A DNA stretch of 38,987 nt from the sequence record PZ379547.1, one strand, 5' to 3'. Within the stretch, counting starts at the first letter, position 1, and each line of letters opens with the position of its first letter. The position numbers and the translations under genes are program-made. Below, one piece after another: positions 1-7,654 of this stretch. This stretch comes from a phage. The notes below the pieces were generated by a model. The model was not told the DNA's origin, made no database searches, and worked only from the letters and a program-made list of their open reading frames with translations.

Positions 1-127
1 TCCACACTGAGTTCTGGGACAATGGGGTCCGGGTAACTCACGATACTGACGACGAGCTTGGACTAGGGTCCTACGTTACGTTCCACTAGCTGAATGAATA
101 ACTATAGGCGAAAACTGAATTAATAAG
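1..127 (+). repeat. Window-end duplication, copy 1 (identical to 38861-38987); includes last 89 nt of terminase large-subunit gene, stop TAG 87-89
   Basis: Exact 127-nt identity between window start and end, read directly; consistent with a circularised assembly of a terminally redundant phage genome. Confidence 0.95.
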
Positions 128-183
128 CAGTTAGTAACCTATAGTTACTACCAGCCTAACCTACTGTTTTATAAGGAGTTTGG

Positions 184-206
184 ACTTAACTATCACTATA
201 GGGAAG
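184..206 (+). promoter_or_regulatory. Phage RNAP promoter (position equivalent to T7 phiOR, upstream of gene 19.5)
   Basis: cttaactatcactatagggaaga matches the repeated promoter consensus; +1 G at 201. Confidence 0.8.
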
Positions 207-386
207 ACCCCCGGTTACTTATAGTATTACTGTAGTGAATATACATATGCAGACTTTATGCAAGACCTTAGGAGGCAGACTCCGAGTTCTTACCTAAGGC
301 TTGCACCGATGGAAGGAGGGTGATATTAATCATAATCCCTCCAATACAGATAGTCACCGACCATAGATACAGGAGGTATGTAGCAT

Positions 387-545
387 ATGGCAAAGACCAA
401 AGCTGTACTTAAAGCTCTGGCGACCAATCGAGCTACATACAGGTTTCTTGCTGCTGTTCTACTTGCTGCTGGCGTTACTGCTGGAAGTCAGTGGGTCGGG
501 TGGGTCGAGACTCTCGTATGTTCTCTGGTCTCTCAGTGTAATTAA
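387..545 (+). CDS. Small hydrophobic protein, positional equivalent of T7 gene 19.5 (52 aa)
   Basis: ATG 387 with AGGAGG 10 nt upstream; ORF MAKTKAVLKALATNRATYRFLAAVLLAAGV...; stop TAA 543-545; sits after terminase and the phiOR-like promoter. Confidence 0.55.
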   Translation: MAKTKAVLKALATNRATYRFLAAVLLAAGVTAGSQWVGWVETLVCSLVSQCN

Positions 546-580
546 CGCAATCATGGTAACGATTCATGAGCGGAAGACCT

Positions 581-619
581 AAGGTCAGTACGTGGATAAA
601 GACTCACTCTACTGACCTT
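581..619 (+). other. Stem-loop: perfect 10-bp inverted repeat (aaggtcagta / tactgacctt) with 19-nt loop, downstream of gene 19.5
   Basis: Inverted repeat read directly; no U-tract follows, so not a classic intrinsic terminator. Confidence 0.4.
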
Positions 620-674
620 AGCTACTGTAGTCAAGGACTTTAGGTAACACCTTAAGAGAAGCTCACTTAGGGTC

Positions 675-749
675 ATCCTACTTATTGGTCTATCCTAGTG
701 TCGCCTGACCTACGGTCCTTGACCTACAGTGGCTGTGGCCTACAGTAGT
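675..749 (+). repeat. Short direct-repeat array (CCTAC/CCTACRGT motifs, about 5-6 copies) on the right-end side of the predicted terminal repeat
   Basis: atCCTACttat, atCCTAGtgt, gaCCTACGGTcc, gaCCTACAGTgg, ggCCTACAGTag at irregular 14-17 bp spacing. Confidence 0.6.
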
Positions 750-784
750 GACGATGAGGTTTGGACCAAAAGTTTGAGACCACA

Positions 785-980
785 TCTCACACTTCAAGAA
801 CCTCAAGTCTCCCCATAGGCCCTCTTTAAGTCCAGACCAAAGGCCCTACCCCAGTCTATCATAAGGTCGTACCGATTGTCAAGACGTTAGGTCAACGATA
901 GGTCTAGGCTATGGCTTAGGGAAGGACGATAGGTAGGGACTATTGGTCTGCCTCTGAGTCCCTATCTGTATAGTGATATA
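785..980 (+). repeat. Predicted terminal-repeat region of the linear genome (single copy in this circularised representation)
   Basis: TCTCACACTTCAAGAACC...CCCCATAGG and ...GTCCCTATCTGT resemble the recalled T7 left-end sequence (TCTCACAGTG...CCCCCATAGG... and ...GTGTCCCTATCTGTTACAG); flanked by short-repeat arrays as in T7; boundaries are approximate. Confidence 0.4.
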
Positions 981-995
981 GTATAACATTACGTC

Positions 996-1096
996 CTACA
1001 CCTACAGTCTAACTAACCTACAGTCATTGACTCCTGCTGTACCTACAGTCACCGACCATCGGTAAAGCCATTACCTACAGTCAAAGACCTACAGTC
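996..1096 (+). repeat. Short direct-repeat array: five perfect CCTACAGTC copies (1001, 1017, 1042, 1074, 1088) on the left-end side of the predicted terminal repeat
   Basis: Exact 9-mer recurs 5 times at irregular spacing; analogous to the CCTAAAG-type arrays next to the T7 terminal repeat. Confidence 0.7.
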
Positions 1097-1349
1097 TAAC
1101 GACACAAAGCTATAGACTTAAGGTCTAATACATGTTAGTCAAAGACTATATCCTCTTAGTCACTATGGGGCCGACGATAGCTTAATCAATATTATTTAAG
1201 ATTACCTATTGACTACAGGTCCAGACTATGGCTTAATAGCTTCCGTCAACACGACACGGCAACAACCGGATAGTGAAGACGCCGGGTCATCCCGGTTAAG
1301 TAGACAGCCTGATAAGTCATACGAACAACAGGCAGATGACAGAAAGTAG

Positions 1350-1379
1350 TTGACAAGATGTACCGACTTAAAGTAGTAT
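1350..1379 (+). promoter_or_regulatory. Candidate host sigma70 early promoter (T7 A2-like)
   Basis: TTGACA (1350-1355), 18-nt spacer, TAGTAT (1374-1379), followed by gtaccaca as recalled downstream of the T7 A2 -10; lies between the predicted genome end and the first early gene. Confidence 0.4.
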
Positions 1380-1503
1380 GTACCACATCAACACGAAACA
1401 ACGGTGACGACCAACACTGAAACGGTCTACCTGAAGTCCTCTGACTGAAGGGAATGCTCTTTAACAATCTGGATAAACTCTTAATGTGCGCCGATAGCGA
1501 CTA

Positions 1504-1548
1504 ACTACAGGGTCTTTGAGTCTACATCTGAAGGCCCTGACTGATAGT
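1504..1548 (+). promoter_or_regulatory. Predicted RNase III-type processing hairpin (early mRNA, site A)
   Basis: actacagggtc ... ggccctgactgatagt form an imperfect stem with an internal bulge; same element recurs before the next early genes. Confidence 0.5.
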
Positions 1549-1571
1549 CACTAACTTAAAGGATGGACACT

Positions 1572-1817
1572 ATGAAACACTTAAGCACAATCACTAATAG
1601 CAATGAAGTATTCGTGAACACTAAAGGCTATGCGTGGATTCAGCTTAAAGAGATGACAGGAGCGCGTCACCGTGTGGTAGTGCGCAAGGTATCAAGCAAG
1701 CAGTTCAGCAACTACAGCGTCGATACTGTGCGTATAGACAACGAGACATACCTGATAGACTCGCAGATAACCGTGAGTCCTACAGTGGGCGTCTCAGCTC
1801 CTTATTTCGCTAACTGA
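1572..1817 (+). CDS. Hypothetical early protein (about 81 aa)
   Basis: ORF in six-frame track (1563..1817); second ATG at 1572 has better SD spacing (aagga 1559-1563); no recognisable motif. Confidence 0.55.
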   Translation: MKHLSTITNSNEVFVNTKGYAWIQLKEMTGARHRVVVRKVSSKQFSNYSVDTVRIDNETYLIDSQITVSPTVGVSAPYFAN

Positions 1818-1826
1818 GAGTGATTA

Positions 1827-1865
1827 ACTACAGGTCGTTAGACTGATAGCGGCCTGACTGATAGT
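1827..1865 (+). promoter_or_regulatory. Predicted RNase III-type processing hairpin (site B)
   Basis: actacaggtc ... ggcctgactgatagt; same architecture as site A. Confidence 0.5.
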
Positions 1866-1900
1866 CACTAACACATAATTAACTTTGAGAGGATATAACT

Positions 1901-2407
1901 ATGGAACGTAATGCTAACGCATACTATGAGCTGCTGGCTGCAACCGTTGAGGCATTTATCGAGCGTATTCAGTACGACCACCTGACTCAAGATGACGACT
2001 ACAGCGATGCGCTGCATGAGGTCGTAGACGGTCAGGTTCCTCACTATTACCACGAGATTTTTACGGTGATGGCTGCTGATGGTATAGACAACGAGTTCGA
2101 AGACTCTGGGATGATACCTGAAACCAAGGACGTAACGCGTATCCTACAAGCTCGCATCTATGAGGCACTTTATAACGACGTGTCTAATAGCTTGGATGTA
2201 GTCTGGTTTGAGGATGAAGAGGCAGACGAAGAGGATGAATATTGGGTAGTTGACGCTAAAACAGGCGCAATAATTGTGCAAGCTGTAGCTCTTGAGGTCG
2301 CTACTGCATGTGCCAAGGTTAACTATGCGGCAGGTCGCCACCTGAAGGTGGAAGACATCAATGATAACGTAGTGTTCGACCCTGCGGCTGAGGACTGCGA
2401 GCGATGA
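1901..2407 (+). CDS. ocr: Ocr-like DNA-mimic anti-restriction protein (T7 gene 0.3 homolog) with C-terminal extension, 168 aa
   Basis: [43 protein letters not shown] aligns with recalled T7 Ocr ([43 protein letters not shown]); acidic stretch; GAGAGGA SD 8 nt upstream of ATG. Confidence 0.85.
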   Translation: MERNANAYYELLAATVEAFIERIQYDHLTQDDDYSDALHEVVDGQVPHYYHEIFTVMAADGIDNEFEDSGMIPETKDVTRILQARIYEALYNDVSNSLDVVWFEDEEADEEDEYWVVDAKTGAIIVQAVALEVATACAKVNYAAGRHLKVEDINDNVVFDPAAEDCER

Positions 2408-2589
2408 GCAAGATATACGCAATATACCATGTCGTGCCTAACTCATGGGGAGATAACCACATCATGCAGGAGCCTTGTTATTATGACGAGGATGTGGCAA
2501 AACAGGCACTAGCGGAAGCCCAAGCGGTAGCCAAAGACCCTTGGTCTGGCGTGTACGAGGTCTGCATGGAGGTTATACAAGTTGTCTAA
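2404..2589 (+). CDS. Hypothetical early protein (61 aa)
   Basis: ATGA start/stop overlap with the ocr-like gene; ORF in track; no recognisable motif. Confidence 0.45.
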   Translation: MSKIYAIYHVVPNSWGDNHIMQEPCYYDEDVAKQALAEAQAVAKDPWSGVYEVCMEVIQVV

Positions 2590-2736
2590 AACTTATGGCC
2601 TCTGCCAGCACCACGTCACTATCGCCCGGCTTATGGTCAAGACCGGGCAGTTAGACCACGATTGGGCTATGCGTCTCTTGAAAGTGGTCTACAGGAGACG
2701 CAAGCGTATGCACGACAGTTTACACGCTAAGTGACA

Positions 2737-2775
2737 GACTACAGGTCATCAATGCTGGTGGCCTGACTGATAGTC
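2737..2775 (+). promoter_or_regulatory. Predicted RNase III-type processing hairpin (site C)
   Basis: gactacaggtcatc ... ggtggcctgactgatagtc; inner stem AGGUCAU/GUGGCCU with G-U pairs. Confidence 0.5.
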
Positions 2776-2797
2776 ATTAACAACTGAGAGGGAAGAT

Positions 2798-3025
2798 ATG
2801 AACACAATCACTGGTGCCATAACCAAAGGTTTTCGAGCAATTTTCGGTGAAACGCAAGAAGTATGCACCAATCATAAATTCGTACTTTCTTGCGTAGCAG
2901 GTGACGAGTTTGACGGGTTCGATAAACTGGTGGTTTGCGACCATTGCGGACAAGAGGCTATCCAACACTCAAACGGTAAATTTGAATTAATAGACGATAG
3001 CCTTACAGAAGGAGACGGCGAGTAA
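2798..3025 (+). CDS. Hypothetical early protein with four Cys (possible zinc ribbon), 75 aa
   Basis: ORF with GAGAGGGA SD; Cys at C-x8-C ... C-x2-C (CTNHKFVLSC ... CDHC). Confidence 0.55.
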   Translation: MNTITGAITKGFRAIFGETQEVCTNHKFVLSCVAGDEFDGFDKLVVCDHCGQEAIQHSNGKFELIDDSLTEGDGE

Positions 3026-3099
3026 CCTAAATAAACAGGAGAGAACCAAATCATAGCTTGACCATAACACTGACGTGATGGTACTGAGTGATAGACGAG

Positions 3100-3123
3100 A
3101 GGTCATCGACTGATAGGTGGCCT
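3100..3123 (+). promoter_or_regulatory. Predicted RNase III-type hairpin (site D)
   Basis: AGGUCAU (3100-3106) pairs with GUGGCCU (3117-3123) via G-U wobbles. Confidence 0.4.
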
Positions 3124-3157
3124 CAAAGATTACCACTTACATTGATAGGAGTTAACT

Positions 3158-3262
3158 ATGAGCACTGCAATCATCTGGACTATCTCAGGCTTCGTAGCGT
3201 GGGGAATGTTTACTCTAGTCTGCAAACTACCGGTCCTTACTCAACTGTTATGGGGCTTATGA
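3158..3262 (+). CDS. Small hydrophobic peptide (34 aa), candidate early membrane protein
   Basis: ATG 3158 with AGGAG 6 nt upstream; MSTAIIWTISGFVAWGMFTLVCKLPVLTQLLWGL; stop TGA 3260-3262 overlaps next ATG (ATGA). Confidence 0.45.
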   Translation: MSTAIIWTISGFVAWGMFTLVCKLPVLTQLLWGL

Positions 3263-3462
3263 CTATGAGTATCGCACTATTGATAGCCATAGGCTATGGA
3301 CTTATCGCCTACGTGCTGGTGAGAGACATCAACAAAGCGCGTAAAGTCTACAAATTCAAATATGTACGTCTGGGTAGCTGGACTGTACGTCAACCTAACG
3401 GACGATTCATGCGCAACTTAGCGAACGTCTGGGATATAGCAACTCTTGGGAGCAAACTGTAA
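3259..3462 (+). CDS. Small membrane protein (67 aa; one predicted TM helix)
   Basis: ATG 3259 coupled to upstream stop; MTMSIALLIAIGYGLIAYVLV hydrophobic segment; the track ORF 3088..3462 starts at GTG inside hairpin D, so the shorter start is preferred. Confidence 0.45.
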   Translation: MTMSIALLIAIGYGLIAYVLVRDINKARKVYKFKYVRLGSWTVRQPNGRFMRNLANVWDIATLGSKL

Positions 3463-3788
3463 TGAACAAGTCATACGGGATTAATCTGGTACACTCTATG
3501 GACGCAGAAATGAACATGTTAAGCCTACTGGCTACCGGGTATCGTCACGGAACGTCAAGTCACACCGCACGTCAACAGCAGGAGCGGGACCGTGTACTAC
3601 AGGCGCGACTCCGGGCAGAGGGCCATAAGTCCGAACTGATGTGTCTGGCGTATGGTGGACGACCAATCACCGACGATGGTAAACTTTTAGTCTCAGGCTG
3701 GAAGGCGATAGACCAACGGTCAACCATCAAGCACACGACCAAAGGTGACTTCAGTCATCTCCACGCTAACCCGCTGATATGCAAGTAA
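3462..3788 (+). CDS. Hypothetical early protein (108 aa)
   Basis: ORF in track; ATG overlaps upstream TAA (TAATG); last gene before the RNA polymerase; not similar to the T7 0.7 kinase. Confidence 0.5.
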   Translation: MNKSYGINLVHSMDAEMNMLSLLATGYRHGTSSHTARQQQERDRVLQARLRAEGHKSELMCLAYGGRPITDDGKLLVSGWKAIDQRSTIKHTTKGDFSHLHANPLICK

Positions 3789-3793
3789 TTCTG

Positions 3794-3816
3794 ACTTAAC
3801 TATCACTATAGGACTC
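3794..3816 (+). promoter_or_regulatory. Phage RNAP promoter directly upstream of the RNA polymerase gene
   Basis: cttaactatcactataggactca matches the promoter consensus; +1 G at 3811, 75 nt before the gene 1 ATG. Confidence 0.7.
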
Positions 3817-3885
3817 AAGGTCTAAGACTCCAAGTGAAAGACCAAAGAGACTTTAAGTGAAAGACTAATAACAAGGACTTTAAGT

Positions 3886-6567
3886 ATGAGCGTCATCTCT
3901 ATTGACAAGCACGACTTCTCTGATGTGTCGAACGCCATTGAGCCGTTTAACCTGCTGGCTGACCACTACGGGCAAGACCTTGCAGTCAAACAGCTTCAGC
4001 TTGAGCATGAGGCATATACAGAAGGCGAGCGACGTTTCATCAAGAACCTTGAGCGGCAGACTGAGCGCGGGGAACTGGCAGACAATCAGGTCGCCAAGCC
4101 TTTGATGCAGACTCTGGTCCCTAAGATTGCGCAAGCCGTCAGGGAGTGGCACGAAGGCCTAGACGGGAAGCTGTCAACCTCGCGTCCTAGCGTAGCGTTC
4201 ACCATGTTGAGCACTGAAGAGAAGGCCGTAAAGGACCGCTCTATGCGCATCTCCTGTGAGTCCGCTGCGGTTATCATACTGAAGGTCGTACTCTCCAAGC
4301 TGGTCAAGCCTGAAGGGATACCGATTACACCGATGGCCTCCGCGATAGGTCGCACACTTGAGGACGAAATCCGCTTCGGTCGCATCCGTGACAAAGAGAA
4401 GGAGCACTTCAAGAAGGCGATAGCTGATAACCTGAACAAGCGAGCTGGGGCATCCTACAAGAAAGCCTACATGCAAGCGGTCGAGGCGTCCATGCTGGAG
4501 CAAGGCCAACTGGAAGATGCATGGGGTACTTGGAGTCCTACAGAGGCTGTACACGTTGGCATCAAGATGCTCGAGATTGTCATCCAGTCAACACAACTGG
4601 TCGAGCTTAAGCGGTACGGTGCTGGTAATGCAGCGGCTGACGTAGAGATGGTCCACCTGTCAGACTTCTGGGTCAAGAAGATGGCACAACGAGGATTCAG
4701 CCTTGCGGGTATCGCTCCAGTCTACCAGCCTTGCGTCGTTCCACCTAAGCCGTGGACTGGTGTCGTAGGTGGTGGGTACTGGGCCAAAGGTCGCAGACCG
4801 TTACCATTGATTCGCTTAGGGTCTAAGTCTGCGGTAGCACGTTATGAAGACGTATACATGCCTGAAGTCTATGACGCTGTGAACATCATTCAGAATACAC
4901 CTTGGAAAGTTAACAAGAAGGTATTGGACGTGGTGAACATGGTCGAGAAGCTGAACAACACGCCTATTAATGACATCCCTCAGATGGAACCGCTGAAGCC
5001 TGAGGACTATGCTGGTGAAACCGAGGAGGAACTCAAGGCATGGAAGAAGGCTGCTGCTGGTATCTATCGCCGCGAGAAGGCCAGACAGTCACGCAGATTG
5101 TCCATGAGTTTCATCGTATCACAGGCCAACAAGTTCTCACAGTTTAAGGCCATCTGGTTCCCGTACAACATGGATTGGCGAGGTCGTGTCTACGCTGTCC
5201 CGATGTTCAACCCTCAGGGTAACGACATGCAGAAGGGGCTCCTGACTCTGGCAGTCGGCAAGCCTATCGGGGCGGATGGTTTCAAATGGCTTAAAGTCCA
5301 CGGTGCAAACTGTGCGGGTGTCGATAAAGTCACCTTCGATGAGCGCATCAAGTGGGTGGAAGACAACCACGAAAACATCATGGCTGCTGCTAAGGCACCG
5401 ATGGATAGTATTGAGTGGTGGGGCAAGTTAGACTCTCCGTTCTGTTTCCTCGCGTTCTGCTTCGAGTATGCTGGCGTAATGCACCACGGCCTGTCTTACT
5501 CCTGCTCGCTGCCGATAGCGTTCGATGGGTCCTGCTCTGGTATTCAGCACTTCAGTGCGATGCTTCGTGACCACATCGGTGGACATGCAGTAAACCTGAC
5601 GCCATCCGGCATGGTACAAGACATCTACCGCATTGTGTCTGACCGCATTGAGGAGGAGCTTAAAGTCCTTCTGATTAACGGTACTGACAACGAGATGGTC
5701 ACTCACGAGGATAAGAAAACTGGTGAGATTACCGAACGTATCAAGCTGGGGACACGAGAGCTGGCCCGTCAGTGGCTGACATACGGTATGTCACGCAAGG
5801 TCACTAAGCGTTCAGTCATGACTCTGGCATACGGGTCGAAAGAGTACGGATTCGCAGACCAAGTTTACGAGGACATCGTGATGCCAGCGATTGACTCAGG
5901 GTCTGGCGCTATGTTCACTGAACCAAGCCAAGCGTCTCGCTTCATGGCAAAGATGATTTGGGAAGCTGTGAGTGTGACAGTAGTTGCTGCGGTTGACGCG
6001 ATGAAGTGGCTTCAAGGTGCTGCCAAGCTGCTGGCTGCTGAGGTGAAGGACAAGAAGACTGGGGAAATCCTGAAGCCTTGCCTTCCGGTACACTGGGTCA
6101 CACCTGATGGGTTCCCGGTCTGGCAGGAATACCGCAAGAAGGATAGCACTCGTCTGAACCTGATGTTCTTAGGGTCCTTCAACCTTCAACCTACGGTCAA
6201 CAAAGGTACGAAGAAAGAGCTGGACAAGCACAAGCAGGAGTCAGGCATTAGCCCTAACTTCGTCCACTCACAAGATGGTAGCCACCTGCGGAAGACTGTA
6301 GTCCACACTCACCGCAAGTATGGCGTGATGTCATTCGCAGTGATTCACGATAGCTTCGGGACCATCCCTGCTGACGCTGAGTATCTGTTCCGTGGTGTCC
6401 GTGAGACGATGGTCGAGACATACCGCGATAACGATGTGCTGCTTGACTTCTACGAGCAGTTTGAATACCAGCTTCATGAAAGCCAGCGCGACAAGTTGCC
6501 TGAGCTTCCGAAGAAAGGTAAACTGAATATCGAAGACATCTTGTCTTCAGACTTTGCATTCGCTTAA
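3886..6567 (+). CDS. gp1: Single-subunit DNA-directed RNA polymerase (T7 gene 1 homolog), 893 aa
   Basis: DGSCSGIQHFSAMLRD, RSVMTLAYGSKEYGF, VIHDSFGTIPADA and C-terminal ...SDFAFA match recalled T7 RNAP motifs. Confidence 0.97.
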   Translation: MSVISIDKHDFSDVSNAIEPFNLLADHYGQDLAVKQLQLEHEAYTEGERRFIKNLERQTERGELADNQVAKPLMQTLVPKIAQAVREWHEGLDGKLSTSRPSVAFTMLSTEEKAVKDRSMRISCESAAVIILKVVLSKLVKPEGIPITPMASAIGRTLEDEIRFGRIRDKEKEHFKKAIADNLNKRAGASYKKAYMQAVEASMLEQGQLEDAWGTWSPTEAVHVGIKMLEIVIQSTQLVELKRYGAGNAAADVEMVHLSDFWVKKMAQRGFSLAGIAPVYQPCVVPPKPWTGVVGGGYWAKGRRPLPLIRLGSKSAVARYEDVYMPEVYDAVNIIQNTPWKVNKKVLDVVNMVEKLNNTPINDIPQMEPLKPEDYAGETEEELKAWKKAAAGIYRREKARQSRRLSMSFIVSQANKFSQFKAIWFPYNMDWRGRVYAVPMFNPQGNDMQKGLLTLAVGKPIGADGFKWLKVHGANCAGVDKVTFDERIKWVEDNHENIMAAAKAPMDSIEWWGKLDSPFCFLAFCFEYAGVMHHGLSYSCSLPIAFDGSCSGIQHFSAMLRDHIGGHAVNLTPSGMVQDIYRIVSDRIEEELKVLLINGTDNEMVTHEDKKTGEITERIKLGTRELARQWLTYGMSRKVTKRSVMTLAYGSKEYGFADQVYEDIVMPAIDSGSGAMFTEPSQASRFMAKMIWEAVSVTVVAAVDAMKWLQGAAKLLAAEVKDKKTGEILKPCLPVHWVTPDGFPVWQEYRKKDSTRLNLMFLGSFNLQPTVNKGTKKELDKHKQESGISPNFVHSQDGSHLRKTVVHTHRKYGVMSFAVIHDSFGTIPADAEYLFRGVRETMVETYRDNDVLLDFYEQFEYQLHESQRDKLPELPKKGKLNIEDILSSDFAFA

Positions 6568-6582
6568 CAGGAGGAGAAGTAT

Positions 6583-6813
6583 ATGTCAATGAAACTTGTA
6601 GCACACAACAGGACATACAACGATGGGTCGGGACGTTGCCATGTAGAGCTGACTTATAGGGATTTAGTCATTCTCCGAGACAGATTACAAGCGGGTGTGA
6701 CTGGGTGGATTCAACCTAACGAGTACAACCTTATAGCTTCGATTGATGAAGTGCTTAACGCGTGGATGGAAGACGAGCGCACTCAGTATCCGTCATTCCC
6801 TATAATTAGATAA
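6583..6813 (+). CDS. Hypothetical protein (76 aa)
   Basis: ORF with strong SD (caggaggagaagtatATG); no recognisable motif. Confidence 0.55.
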   Translation: MSMKLVAHNRTYNDGSGRCHVELTYRDLVILRDRLQAGVTGWIQPNEYNLIASIDEVLNAWMEDERTQYPSFPIIR

Positions 6814-6823
6814 GGAGAGAGTT

Positions 6824-7039
6824 ATGAAATTTGCACACAAGCATGCTGGAGTTAAGGGCGGGACTCAAATCGTGACCGTAACAGAACACAACGGCAATGG
6901 TCTGGTGAAGACCACGGTCATTCCTACCGAAATGTCAAAGCAGCTTAACGTCCCATTCAAGACCCTCGTCTATCTTGTGGAATCCAGCCACGAGAAATAC
7001 CTGAAAGACGCAGTGACCAAGCTGGAGCAGACCAAATGA
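6824..7039 (+). CDS. Hypothetical protein (71 aa)
   Basis: ORF with strong SD (taaggagagagttATG); no recognisable motif. Confidence 0.55.
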   Translation: MKFAHKHAGVKGGTQIVTVTEHNGNGLVKTTVIPTEMSKQLNVPFKTLVYLVESSHEKYLKDAVTKLEQTK

Positions 7040-7113
7040 CAGACCTACAGTTACTGGCCTTGTGGCTGGGAGCACTCGCAGTATTCACTTTAATCCAAAG
7101 CAGAAGAGGTTAA

Positions 7114-7136
7114 CCTAAACTATCACTATAGGATTA
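7114..7136 (+). promoter_or_regulatory. Phage RNAP promoter (T7 phi1.1-like position)
   Basis: cctaaactatcactataggatta; +1 G at 7131. Confidence 0.85.
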
Positions 7137-7141
7137 GACTC

Positions 7142-7168
7142 AAGGTCATGACTCAAAGTCGTGGCCTT
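7142..7168 (+). promoter_or_regulatory. Predicted RNase III processing hairpin (T7 R1.1-like)
   Basis: AAGGUCAUGAC-ucaaa-GUCGUGGCCUU, 11-bp stem with G-U wobbles; preceded by the conserved agactcaagg motif. Confidence 0.6.
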
Positions 7169-7206
7169 CATGATTAACCCTAACTCATTCAATCAGGAGC
7201 TACACC

Positions 7207-7386
7207 ATGTATCAGAACACTATCAACTTCGAGCGAATCCGTGAACGTCAGCAGACTGAAGATTATATTCCGAAGGGACGCAAGCTGAACAAGACCAAGC
7301 GTGGTGGAGGTGTCAAGGGTGCTTTCCGTAACGCTGAAGGCAAAGACTCTATGGTCAACCAAGAGAAATACTTCGTAGGAGCGTAA
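7207..7386 (+). CDS. gp1.1: Gene 1.1-like small basic protein (59 aa)
   Basis: Below the track cut-off; ATG 7207 with AGGAG upstream; contains KGRKLNKTKRGGG as in recalled T7 gp1.1 (KGRKLNKTKR); stop TAA 7384-7386. Confidence 0.6.
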   Translation: MYQNTINFERIRERQQTEDYIPKGRKLNKTKRGGGVKGAFRNAEGKDSMVNQEKYFVGA

Positions 7387-7389
7387 GTC

Positions 7390-7650
7390 ATGAACCATTA
7401 CGAGCTTAAAGATTTCGCAAAGAGTCTTGGACTTGTGGTTGAGCACGACTGGTATGAGGACCTCCAGCGTAGACTTAAGGTAGAGCGAGTGTCCTTCAGG
7501 ACAGACTACAGGTACTCACCAAAGAACGGCTACGAGCGAGGGGACCTGATAGCGAGACTTGAGTTTAATGACTCAATGGGTCCAACAGAATACGCCGATG
7601 CCATCGGTCCGGCTTACAACGCACTTAAACAATTTGAACTGTGGAGATAA
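7390..7650 (+). CDS. Gene 1.2-like protein (86 aa) by position and size
   Basis: ORF directly between gene 1.1 and ligase, matching T7 order; sequence similarity not verified. Confidence 0.45.
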   Translation: MNHYELKDFAKSLGLVVEHDWYEDLQRRLKVERVSFRTDYRYSPKNGYERGDLIARLEFNDSMGPTEYADAIGPAYNALKQFELWR

Positions 7651-7654
7651 CACA

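Noticed and set aside
258-335. Two short inverted repeats between the phiOR-like promoter and gene 19.5 (ccttagg/cctaagg; ggaggg/ccctcc)
   Set aside because: Stems of only 6-7 bp with long loops; too weak to call a regulatory element.
996-1096. CCTACAGTC repeat array as a possible CRISPR array
   Set aside because: Repeat unit is only 9 bp with irregular spacing and no cas genes; it matches the short-repeat arrays beside T7 terminal repeats.
1246-1467. 73-aa minus-strand ORF in the early leader
   Set aside because: No SD, wrong strand for a T7-like genome, and it overlaps the candidate early promoter region; likely chance ORF.
3088-3462. 124-aa track ORF treated as a single protein
   Set aside because: It starts at GTG inside hairpin D without an SD; a short SD-led ORF (3158-3262) and a coupled ORF from 3259 explain the region better.
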